A DNA stretch of 25,236 nucleotides from positions 1 through 25,236 of IMG/VR virus record IMGVR_UViG_3300010048_000037. One strand, written 5' to 3'. The position numbers and the translations under genes are program-made. The stretch comes from a virus (taxonomy: Duplodnaviria > Caudoviricetes). The notes beneath the pieces were generated by a model that was given only the letters and a program-made list of their open reading frames with translations, searched no databases and was not told the DNA's origin. Each line of letters starts with the position of its first letter. Position 1 is the first letter of the stretch. Below, piece after piece: positions 7,650 to 16,036 of the stretch.

Positions 7650-8273
7650 ATGGGCTACTTTGCCGAGGACGGGATCACCGTTTGGCAGAAGGGTCAGAAC
7701 CTCACTGCCGAGGACCTGAACCGCAATTTTGCGACGCTGCGGATGTATGCCGAGCGGGCGATCGATCGCGCCCTGCAGCCCGATGTCGCGGTGGTGGAAC
7801 TGACCCGCCGCCTGCGTGACATCGAAGCGCGCCTCGATGCCCTGGAGCTCCACGTAACGCGCAGCGCACGCGAGCGCAACGAAATGGAATATACCCCGCT
7901 GGCGTATTTTGGCGGGATGCTGCAGCGCCTCGATGGGCTGCAGCAGATGACCGACGCGGCGGCCGCGGAATTGCGTCAGGCGCACAAGCAAGCCCAGGCG
8001 ATGCACGACGACCAGCGCGGGCGGATCGAAAGATTGGAGCAGCAGCCCCCCGCGGCGCGCGCGGACGCACTCGCGGCACTCATCAGCGAATACCAAGAAA
8101 CAACCGCGACGGCGAAAAGGGCGCTCGAGGAAGCGATGCGCCTGCGCGGTGAGGTGGCGCACGCCAAGCGCTTGGCGCTGGCCACCGACCGCGAAGCCAA
8201 CCGCCAGCAATACGCGCCGCTTGCGGTTCTGGCCGAGCTCATCCGGCGCATCGAAGCCTTGGAGGCGCGCTGA
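7650..8273 (+). CDS. Coiled-coil virion protein (hypothetical)
   Basis: ATG at 7650 after GGGGTGA. WQKGQNLTAEDLNRNF N-terminus, long heptad helices, and two Y(T/A)PLA repeats. Confidence 0.7.
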   Translation: MGYFAEDGITVWQKGQNLTAEDLNRNFATLRMYAERAIDRALQPDVAVVELTRRLRDIEARLDALELHVTRSARERNEMEYTPLAYFGGMLQRLDGLQQMTDAAAAELRQAHKQAQAMHDDQRGRIERLEQQPPAARADALAALISEYQETTATAKRALEEAMRLRGEVAHAKRLALATDREANRQQYAPLAVLAELIRRIEALEAR

Positions 8274-9712
8274 TGGCGCAGCTCGCCCTCACCCAAGGCG
8301 CCTACCAGGCCCGCGGTTTTATCGCCAACGCGCAGGTCTGCTTTAATCTCTACCCGGAGCAGAACCCGAAGGATGCGCCCTTTCCGGTGACGCATTATCC
8401 CGCACCTGGCCTCGAGGTGCTCTCGGACTACACCGGCACCTATTCGGGGCCGGTGCGCGGGCTCTACGACGCCTCAAACGGTATGGTCTTTGCCGTCATC
8501 GGCCAGGACGTGATCCAGTGGAAGGGCCCCAGCACCGCCGCGGTGCATCTTGGCACCATCAGCAGCAATACCAACCCGGTTTCGATCTGCGACAACCAGG
8601 GGGATGTGGTCTTTGTCGATGGTACAACGGGCGGTTGGTACGTGCCGCTCGCCAACGCCAACACCGCCGGGAGCCTCCTGGCGATCACCGATCCGGCGTG
8701 GCTCGGATCGACCAGGGTTGATTATATCGACACGTTTTTCACCTTTAATCAGCCCGGGACATCGAATTTCTACACCTCGCTCTCGGGGCAGTTTCTGCCG
8801 CTCGATGCCACCTACATCACGCCAAAAGAGGGGTGGAACGACTATCTGGTCGCGACCGCCGCGCTCCACGACAATGTCTGGCTCTTGGGGGTCAGCACTA
8901 CCGAGATCTGGTTTAATTCAGGCGGCGCCACCTTCGCCTTCTCACGCATGCCGAACAGCATTTTGCAGCAGGGGTGTGTGGCGCAGTTCTCGCCCGTCGT
9001 CGCCGATAACGCGGTTTACTGGATTTCTCAGGACCGCTGGGGGCGCAACATGTGCCTGAGGGGCGAGGGTTACGCCGCGCGCAGAGTCTCCACATTTGCC
9101 GTCGAGGACCAGTGGTCGCTCTACCCGACCCTCTCCGATGCGATCGGCATGGCCTACCAGATCGGCGGCCACGAGACGATCGGGTTCTGGTTCCCTAGCG
9201 GCAACGCCTGGTGGGCTTACGACGCCTCGACGCAGCTGTGGCACCAGCGGACCTATCAGGATTTGTCGCAGCCGTGGCTGCCGCGCTGCATGGCGGGGTG
9301 GGGTTCGGTCCCCAATGGCGGGGACCAGAATAGTGTCCTCGCCGGCGACCGCACCGGCCCGCGCATCCTGCATGTGTCGCGCCAGCATTTTGACGATTGC
9401 GGCCAACCGATCGTGCGCCAGCGCTCGTGGCCGCATGTCCAGGAGGACGGGAAGCGGCTCGTGCATACCCGCTTTTATGCCGCGATGGATGCTTCCCAGC
9501 TCAACCCGCAGACCGCGACACTCGATTGGTCGGACGATGCCGGGCGCAATTACGGCACGAGTGTGCCGCAGACGGTGAGCGGCTCCAACGGGCAATACCA
9601 GTGGCGGCGCTTGGGGTACGCGCGCGACCGGGTTTACCGCATGACCTGGCATTCCCCGGGGCCCTGCGCGCTCAATGGCGCGTGGATCGATGTCGTGGGG
9701 GAAGCCTCGTGA
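8273..9712 (+). CDS. Tail hub / DNA stabilization protein (P22 gp10-like)
   Basis: CFNLYPE...PAPGL, GPVRGLY, STTEIWFNSG, WAYDASTQLWHQR, LDWSDDAG, WRRLGYARDRVYR. Confidence 0.88.
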   Translation: MAQLALTQGAYQARGFIANAQVCFNLYPEQNPKDAPFPVTHYPAPGLEVLSDYTGTYSGPVRGLYDASNGMVFAVIGQDVIQWKGPSTAAVHLGTISSNTNPVSICDNQGDVVFVDGTTGGWYVPLANANTAGSLLAITDPAWLGSTRVDYIDTFFTFNQPGTSNFYTSLSGQFLPLDATYITPKEGWNDYLVATAALHDNVWLLGVSTTEIWFNSGGATFAFSRMPNSILQQGCVAQFSPVVADNAVYWISQDRWGRNMCLRGEGYAARRVSTFAVEDQWSLYPTLSDAIGMAYQIGGHETIGFWFPSGNAWWAYDASTQLWHQRTYQDLSQPWLPRCMAGWGSVPNGGDQNSVLAGDRTGPRILHVSRQHFDDCGQPIVRQRSWPHVQEDGKRLVHTRFYAAMDASQLNPQTATLDWSDDAGRNYGTSVPQTVSGSNGQYQWRRLGYARDRVYRMTWHSPGPCALNGAWIDVVGEAS

Positions 9713-9990
9713 TCGAGCGCTCGGAATCCTTGGAGCGGGCCTTGACCCGCGAAACTGTGCGTTTTTCCGGGAGCCTCGCGCGCTTTGTCTTTTACAAGGG
9801 AGAGAAGCCGCAGGATTGCAATGGCGTGGCGCAGGGCGAGCGGGTGGGAGGCCTTGAGGCCAGCGAATTTTTGCTGCGCCGCCTCTCGCGCGGGACCGAG
9901 CCGGCGATGCCCAAGGAAGCCGATTACTGGCGGCTCTACGACGCAGGGGGCAATGTCGTGATGCAGGGGACGGGGCGTGCCGCCGATTAG
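9709..9990 (+). CDS. Hypothetical protein (93 aa)
   Basis: GTG overlaps the gp10-like stop (GTGA); FYKGEKP...ADYWRLYDAGGNVVMQG. The longer N-terminus in the ORF track overlaps the gp10-like gene. Confidence 0.65.
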   Translation: MIERSESLERALTRETVRFSGSLARFVFYKGEKPQDCNGVAQGERVGGLEASEFLLRRLSRGTEPAMPKEADYWRLYDAGGNVVMQGTGRAAD

Positions 9991-10426
9991 ATCGATCAAC
10001 CCGCGGAGCGGGATCTCGAGCCTCTTTGCCGCGCAGGGGCTGATTTCGCCGCGCAATGCCTTTGTCGAGCCGACGGGGGAACCGACCCCGGTTAGTTTTC
10101 GCTTTCTCGAAAGCATTTTTCACGCGGTCGGTGACTTACAGATCAACGGTGTCCCGGGTCCCCCCGGTCCCGCCGGTCCTCCGGGAGCCGATTCTACCGT
10201 CCCTGGCCCCGTTGGGCCTGGTGTGGCGCCGGGCGGCACTGCCGGCCAAGTGCTCACAAAGGTCGACGCCACTGATTACAACACGCACTGGGTAACGCCT
10301 GCAGGTGGTGGCGGCGGGGGGATACCCGAGGCGCCGCTGACAGGACTGACTTATGGCCGGCAGTCGGCGGGCTGGACCCAGGTGCTTATGGCGTCGGGTG
10401 ATGTGATCGATGGGGGAAATTTTTAG
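9977..10426 (+). CDS. Collagen-like tail/fibre adaptor protein
   Basis: G-X-Y run GVPGPPGPAGPPGAD..GPVGPG, GGTAGQVLTK..DYNTHW, IPEAPLTGLTYGRQSAGW, and C-terminal IDGGNF. Confidence 0.75.
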   Translation: MPPIRSINPRSGISSLFAAQGLISPRNAFVEPTGEPTPVSFRFLESIFHAVGDLQINGVPGPPGPAGPPGADSTVPGPVGPGVAPGGTAGQVLTKVDATDYNTHWVTPAGGGGGGIPEAPLTGLTYGRQSAGWTQVLMASGDVIDGGNF

Positions 10427-11590
10427 ATGACCGACACGCTGCGCATCAAACGCCGCGCGTCCGGCGCTCCCGGTGCGCCGTCATCACTGGCGAGCGCTGA
10501 GCTTGCCTATAATGAGGTCGACCACACCCTCTACTACGGCGAGGGTAACAGTGGCGGAAATGCCGTAACGATTGCGGCTATCGCCGGTCAGGGTCTGTCC
10601 TCGGCGGCCACACCGCAGGCGCTGACCGCGGCCGGTAGTGCCGGCACGGCAACGCAGTGGGCGCGCGGCGATCACGCGCACCCGGCGACCGCGCCCACGG
10701 CCGCCAATGGCAACAATACGACGAGCGTCGCGACGACGGCCTTTGTGCTGGCCACCAATATCAATCAATTGGCGGCCCCGACCACGGACGTGTCGTGGGC
10801 GAGCCACAAGATCACCAACCTTATCGACCCGACCAACCCGCAGGATGTCGCGACCAAAAACTATTGCGACACGGTTGCTCAAGGCCTCGATGCCAAGCAG
10901 TCGGTGAAGGCGGCGACGACGGGTGCCAACATCACGCTTTCCGGCACGCAGACGATCGACGGCGTTGCGCTGGTGGCGAATGACCGCTGCCTGGTGAAAG
11001 ACCAGACCGCGCAGTCGGCGAACGGCATCTATGTGGTAGCGGCCGGTTCATGGACGCGCGCGCTCGACATGGACGTGTGGGCTGAGGTGCCCGACGCCTT
11101 CTGCTTTGTCGAGCAGGGCACGGCCAACGCCGATACGGGATGGGTCTGCACCTCGGACCAGGGGGGCACCCTCGGCACCACGTCGATTACCTGGACACAG
11201 TTTTCGAGCGCCGGCACGGTGACCGCCGGTAACGGTCTTAACAAGGTCGGCTCGACCCTCAACGTGGTCGGCACGGCGGGGCAGATCGCGGTCGCCGCGG
11301 CAGTTTCGATCGACCCAACCTATGTCGGGCAAACCTCGATCACCACGCTCGGCACGATCGCCACGGGCACGTGGAATGCGACGACGATCGGTGTCGCGCG
11401 CGGCGGCACCGGAGCGACGACGCTCACCGGCTACATCCAGGGCAACGGCACCTCGGCCTTCACCGCCAGCGCCACCATCCCCAACACCGCGATTTCCGGG
11501 CTCGGCACGATGAGTACACAGAACGCCACGGCTGTCGCCATTACAGGCGGAACCATAGATGGAATAATTTTTGACGGAGGAACGTTTTGA
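10427..11590 (+). CDS. Tail fibre-like protein
   Basis: N-terminal LRIKRR..AELAYNE..LYYG domain, KITNL.DPT.PQDVATKNY, NITLSGTQTIDG..DRCLVKDQT..NGIY, GGTG repeats, and C-terminal FDGGTF. Confidence 0.8.
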   Translation: MTDTLRIKRRASGAPGAPSSLASAELAYNEVDHTLYYGEGNSGGNAVTIAAIAGQGLSSAATPQALTAAGSAGTATQWARGDHAHPATAPTAANGNNTTSVATTAFVLATNINQLAAPTTDVSWASHKITNLIDPTNPQDVATKNYCDTVAQGLDAKQSVKAATTGANITLSGTQTIDGVALVANDRCLVKDQTAQSANGIYVVAAGSWTRALDMDVWAEVPDAFCFVEQGTANADTGWVCTSDQGGTLGTTSITWTQFSSAGTVTAGNGLNKVGSTLNVVGTAGQIAVAAAVSIDPTYVGQTSITTLGTIATGTWNATTIGVARGGTGATTLTGYIQGNGTSAFTASATIPNTAISGLGTMSTQNATAVAITGGTIDGIIFDGGTF

Positions 11591-11898
11591 GCGATACGCT
11601 GCGCATCAAGCGGCGGCTTGGTGGCGGCGCGGCGGGTGCCCCAACCACCCTTGCCACCGCTGAGCTGGCGTACAACGAAAACGATTCAACGCTTTATTAC
11701 GGCTTTGGCGACAACGGCAGCCACGTTGCCAACAACGTCGTGCCGATCGCTGGCTCGGGCTATGCGCAGCCCAAAGTGACGATCTCGGATACAGCGCCCT
11801 CGGCGCCCCAGATCGGTCAACTGTGGTTCGATTCCGTGGGCGCTAAAATGTACATTTTTTGGAATGACGGCACCTCGAGTCAGTGGACGCCGACGTGA
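11587..11898 (+). CDS. Small two-module fibre adaptor
   Basis: TTG start with GGAGG SD. The N-half is paralogous to the N-terminus of 10427 and the C-half to the C-terminus of 19457. Confidence 0.75.
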   Translation: MSDTLRIKRRLGGGAAGAPTTLATAELAYNENDSTLYYGFGDNGSHVANNVVPIAGSGYAQPKVTISDTAPSAPQIGQLWFDSVGAKMYIFWNDGTSSQWTPT

Positions 11899-12455
11899 AA
11901 AACTTTCTCGCCATCGGCACCGCGGACATGCTGCCCTTGCGCATGGCGCTGCAGCGCCAGCCGCAGCTCTGGGATCAGCATCGCTACCGCACCGAGTTCA
12001 ACGGCACCCCGTTCCGCGGGATGAGCGACATTCTGCTGCGCTATTCGCGACCCGAGCGGTGGGAGGGCACAAAAGATTCCGAGGCTCTGGTTGATGATCT
12101 GGATCTGGTCATGTACCCGGCGTGGGAAAAGCTCCCCGAATGCCGCGAGATCATCTTCAACCTGATGCGGCGCTTCCAGGGCATCGCCTTGGGGCGGGTG
12201 ATTATCGCCCGCCTCCCGCCGGGCGGGGTGATCCTGAGCCATGCCGATAATTACGGGGCCTACGCGACACAGGATGGCTTGCGCCTCCATATCTGCGTCC
12301 AGGGCTTGCCGGGGTGCCAGTTTCATTGCGGCGGCGAAACGATCCAGATGCAGACGGATAGTGTGTGGTGGTTCAACCACAAGGCCGAGCATTCGGCCGA
12401 AAACAATTCGGCGGACGAGCGGATCCACCTGCTGCTTGATATTCGCACGGGGTGA
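11895..12455 (+). CDS. Aspartyl/asparaginyl beta-hydroxylase family 2OG-Fe(II) dioxygenase
   Basis: RVIIARLPPGGVILSHAD (HxD), RLHI, VWWFNHKAEHSAEN (distal His), ERIHLLLD (2OG-binding Arg). GTG at 11895 overlaps the upstream TGA; 11883 is an alternative start. Confidence 0.85.
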   Translation: MKNFLAIGTADMLPLRMALQRQPQLWDQHRYRTEFNGTPFRGMSDILLRYSRPERWEGTKDSEALVDDLDLVMYPAWEKLPECREIIFNLMRRFQGIALGRVIIARLPPGGVILSHADNYGAYATQDGLRLHICVQGLPGCQFHCGGETIQMQTDSVWWFNHKAEHSAENNSADERIHLLLDIRTG

Positions 12456-12458
12456 GGC

Positions 12459-12680
12459 ATGGCCATCCTGCTCGCCCTCGTCTTGATCAGCCTGCATGGC
12501 CCGGGCGGGCAACTCTTGATCATCAACCCGCTCGAGATCTCGAGCCTGCGCACTCCCTTGAACAACAATTCGCACTGGGCAAGGGGTACGCACTGCATCG
12601 TGGTGATGAGCAACGGCGGGGTTAATGCGACGCTTGAAGACTGCCTCACGGTACAGCGCCAAATTATGGGGACCCGCTGA
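12459..12680 (+). CDS. Small hypothetical protein with hydrophobic N-terminus
   Basis: GAGG SD; INPLEISSLR...HCIVVMSNG; coupled to the GNAT gene. Confidence 0.65.
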   Translation: MAILLALVLISLHGPGGQLLIINPLEISSLRTPLNNNSHWARGTHCIVVMSNGGVNATLEDCLTVQRQIMGTR

Positions 12681-13147
12681 TGGAGCACCTGTCGCTGGCC
12701 ACGGAGAACGCCCTTTCCATCCTCGAGGAGGCCGAGGAAGAGGGCATGATCCGGCGGCATTGGGAGGAATTAGCGGTCGATAAGAACGAGGTCCAGTTGG
12801 CGATCGACTGGAAGAAATACCGCGAGCTGGACCGGATGGGGATGCTGTCGGCGATTGCCGTGCGCCGGGGCGGCAAGCTTGTCGGCTACAGCATCATGAT
12901 CCTCTCGACGGGGCTGCATTACCGGCACTGCTTCGAAGCGACGATGGATGTCTTTTGGGTCGCGCCGGAAGTCAGAGGTCGCTGCGCCGGGCGGCGGCTC
13001 TTCCGCGTGCATGAGGCGGAACTGAGGCGCCGTGGGGTGAAGCGGGTGCATGCGGGAAGTAAGCTCCACAAGGATTGTTCCAGGCTCTTCAAGGCGCTCG
13101 GCTACGCGCCGGTGGAGCTGTGGCATTCAAAGCTGCTGGGGGACTAG
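12680..13147 (+). CDS. GNAT-family N-acetyltransferase-like protein
   Basis: GKLVGY, DVFWVAPEVRGRCAGRRLF (motif A), LFKALGY; usual position just before podovirus ejection genes. Confidence 0.82.
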   Translation: MEHLSLATENALSILEEAEEEGMIRRHWEELAVDKNEVQLAIDWKKYRELDRMGMLSAIAVRRGGKLVGYSIMILSTGLHYRHCFEATMDVFWVAPEVRGRCAGRRLFRVHEAELRRRGVKRVHAGSKLHKDCSRLFKALGYAPVELWHSKLLGD

Positions 13148-13151
13148 AGAC

Positions 13152-14297
13152 ATGGTCGGGATCATCGGCGGCGGGCTCTCTGCCATCGGCAATATCGCCG
13201 GCGGGCTGATCGGATCTTCCGCCGCATCCTCTGCTGCCAAACAGCAGCAGAATATGCTCAACCAGATTTTGAATTTCCAGAAAGGCATCCTGCAGCAGGG
13301 CCAGGATAATCTCGCCGGCAATATGGGGGCGGCGACGGATACGGTCGGCGCCTATATCGCCGACGCGGTCGGCGCGCTCGACAATGCCGGGGTTGGCGGC
13401 ATCACCGCGATCCAGAATATGCTCGGGCCGACGATCGCCGCGATCCAGGCGGGAGCCGATCGCGGCATCAATTACCTCACCGGCGCCGGGGACAACATCA
13501 GCAACTTTATGATGCCCTACATCACCGGCGGCTCCAACGTGATGGGGCAATTGGTCAACGAGATCCAGTCGGGCCAATTGGGCGCGATGCCCTCGCTCAC
13601 CGATTATAGCCAGCTTCCGGGTTATCAGTTCACCTTGAGCCAGGGCGAGCAGGCGGCACGGAACGCGGCCACCGCATCGGGCTATGGCGGCATCGGGCAA
13701 TCGGGCTCGGGGCCGCTCGGAAAATCGCTTATTCAATATGCGGAAGGACTTGCGAATACTTTCGGTTCACAGTATTTGCAGAATTATTGGGCGAACCAGA
13801 ACAACAGGTACAATATTCTCTCGAATACCGCGACGATCGGCTCCAATGCGGGGTCGAACCTCGGCCAGATCCTCTCCAACATCTATGGCAATATCGGCAA
13901 TATCGCCTCGACCGCGGGCAGCAATATCGGCACCGCGTATTCGAATGCCGGGAGCGGGATTGCCAACATCTTCCAAAACCTCGGCACCGGGATTGCCAAC
14001 GCTTACGGCACCGGAGAAGGCAATTACGTCAGCGCCATCACCCAGCCCTTGGCGGCCTATATGGGGCTTGCCGGCAATGTCGCCTCTTCTTTCGGGCAGG
14101 CGGGGGTGCAGGGGTCGGCCAATATCGCCAATTCGCAGCAGGCGGCGGGGAACTTGCTCGGCGCAGGCCTCACCGGCGGGATCAATAGTGGCATCAGCAA
14201 TTACCTGCTCGGCAATTACCTGAACCAGAACAACACCGGCGGCTCGACAATCGGCTCGGCCGTTAACGCGCAGCCCTACACCGGAGGGCTCTACTGA
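13152..14297 (+). CDS. DNA ejection / pilot protein (P22 gp7-like)
   Basis: Gly/Ala hydrophobic N-terminus, SAASSAAKQQ, PYITGG, LPGYQFTLSQG; G/N/A-rich. Confidence 0.75.
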   Translation: MVGIIGGGLSAIGNIAGGLIGSSAASSAAKQQQNMLNQILNFQKGILQQGQDNLAGNMGAATDTVGAYIADAVGALDNAGVGGITAIQNMLGPTIAAIQAGADRGINYLTGAGDNISNFMMPYITGGSNVMGQLVNEIQSGQLGAMPSLTDYSQLPGYQFTLSQGEQAARNAATASGYGGIGQSGSGPLGKSLIQYAEGLANTFGSQYLQNYWANQNNRYNILSNTATIGSNAGSNLGQILSNIYGNIGNIASTAGSNIGTAYSNAGSGIANIFQNLGTGIANAYGTGEGNYVSAITQPLAAYMGLAGNVASSFGQAGVQGSANIANSQQAAGNLLGAGLTGGINSGISNYLLGNYLNQNNTGGSTIGSAVNAQPYTGGLY

Positions 14298-16036
14298 TGG
14301 CTGATCCCGGCACTGGCGCCTTTATCAACCAATTGATGAACCCGCCAAACCCGTTTGCAACGGCGGGGCAATCGGCGCAGGGCTTGAATGCCTTGATGCA
14401 ATTGCGCGCCGATCGCGCCGCGGCCGACGCCTATCAGCAATCGATCGACCCGCAGACAGGGCAATTCGACCCCGGCAAGTTTCAGTCGCTCTTGGCCCAA
14501 GGGGGGCCGGGCGCGACCTTCCACCTCGGCGCCACGATGGAGCAGGCCGGGCGCGGCAACCAGGCGCAGGCCGCAGGCAGCCGCGAGCAGCTGCAGTCGA
14601 ACCTCGATCAGCTCGGCGCGCAGTCCCTCTATCTGCAGCCTCTGGCGGCCAAGGCTGCAACCGGGCAGCAGGTAACGGCGGAAGAAATCACCACGATGCT
14701 GCAAGGCATGCCCGCGGGGGTGATGCCGGAGAGCCGGCGTCAGCAGCTGATCGGCCAGGTGGCGGGGATGAGCCCGGCTCAGGCGACAACCTGGGTGCAG
14801 GGCGCAGCTTACGCCAATAGCCACGCGACGAGCGTGGTGCAGAGCCATCTGCCGGGGGTGGCGACGCTCCCGACTGGCGGCGGCGCCTTGGTTTTCAATC
14901 CCAACCCGAGCACCTTTGCCGGCCAGGGTGCGGGCGCATCCTCGACCCCCTACGGCTACAATCCCTATACGCTCACCCCGGAATCGGCGGGCGCGACCGA
15001 GACGATTACGCTCCCCGGCGGCCAGTCGATCCAGGTCCCGCACGCGGTCGGGATTGCGATCCTCTCGAGCAACCCCGAGCTGCAGCGGCTCAATCCGAAT
15101 TTTGCCAAGCCGGCAGCTGCGCCAGCGGCTCCCAAAGGCGCCGACTATGGCGGCGGTAGGCCCGCAGCCCCGCCCCCCGCAGCTGCCCCGGGGCGCTATC
15201 CGCAGCCACAGCCGCAGCCGGCAAGCGCACCGTCGACGCCACCAAAGGTCGAAGGTCCCGAATATGTCCAGCCGCCGCCGCCCGCACCACCGGAAGCTGG
15301 CGGTGTCGGCGTGCCGCCGCAGGCCGGCTACACCGACACTGTGACGGTGCCGTCGCAGAAGGCGGCAACCGCGCTCGCAGTCGCAGCGAAGGACACGCCA
15401 AACGTTTCGGCGCTGATCGACGATATGCGCTCCCAGGTCAACCAACCGGGCTGGAACCCCGGTCTTGGCGCACAGGCCGGCAGCACCTGGCGCCAGTTTC
15501 TCGACAAGATAGGGGTCAATGCGACCGGCAACGCGCCAACCGCGATCAAAGACGCGCAGGCCGCCTACGACGAATTTTCCAAGGACGCCAACCTTATCGC
15601 CAGTCGGCAGTTGTCGACGCTCGGCAATCCGTCCGATGCCAGGCAAGGTCTTGCCGAGGCGATCACGCCCGGTATGGCGCAGTCGAAGGAAGGTGTGCTC
15701 GGCATCTCGGCAACGCTCAAGGGCAACCAGGACGCGATTAATCGGATGGCGACCGCCTGGGAGCAGGCGAAACAGCAGGGTTGGTCGGACGGGCGCCACA
15801 ACGAGTGGGTGCTGCGCTGGAACGCAACCGACAAGGCGAGTGGCGGCAAGTTTGACCCGCGCGTGTTCTGGCTCGCCGACACAGCCGGCAATGCCGACGA
15901 CCAGTGGCGCCGCATGGCCTCGAAAATCCCCAAGGACCAGCAGGCGCAGTTTCTCAAAAACGTCCAGTACGCCAAGGGCCAGGGCTGGATTAGCCAGGAC
16001 GGCCAGGGCGGCGCGTTCTCCGTGGTCAACCCGTAA
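14297..16036 (+). CDS. Internal virion / DNA ejection protein
   Basis: Coupled between the pilot and SLT genes; Q/A/G-rich with a central Pro/Ala linker. Confidence 0.7.
   Translation: MADPGTGAFINQLMNPPNPFATAGQSAQGLNALMQLRADRAAADAYQQSIDPQTGQFDPGKFQSLLAQGGPGATFHLGATMEQAGRGNQAQAAGSREQLQSNLDQLGAQSLYLQPLAAKAATGQQVTAEEITTMLQGMPAGVMPESRRQQLIGQVAGMSPAQATTWVQGAAYANSHATSVVQSHLPGVATLPTGGGALVFNPNPSTFAGQGAGASSTPYGYNPYTLTPESAGATETITLPGGQSIQVPHAVGIAILSSNPELQRLNPNFAKPAAAPAAPKGADYGGGRPAAPPPAAAPGRYPQPQPQPASAPSTPPKVEGPEYVQPPPPAPPEAGGVGVPPQAGYTDTVTVPSQKAATALAVAAKDTPNVSALIDDMRSQVNQPGWNPGLGAQAGSTWRQFLDKIGVNATGNAPTAIKDAQAAYDEFSKDANLIASRQLSTLGNPSDARQGLAEAITPGMAQSKEGVLGISATLKGNQDAINRMATAWEQAKQQGWSDGRHNEWVLRWNATDKASGGKFDPRVFWLADTAGNADDQWRRMASKIPKDQQAQFLKNVQYAKGQGWISQDGQGGAFSVVNP

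Noticed and set aside
10414-10426. Slippery heptamers G GGA AAT / A AAT TTT before the stop
   Set aside because: A -1 shift gives only a short extension and does not fuse to the next fibre gene, which is in frame 0. The G-run is explained as the SD.
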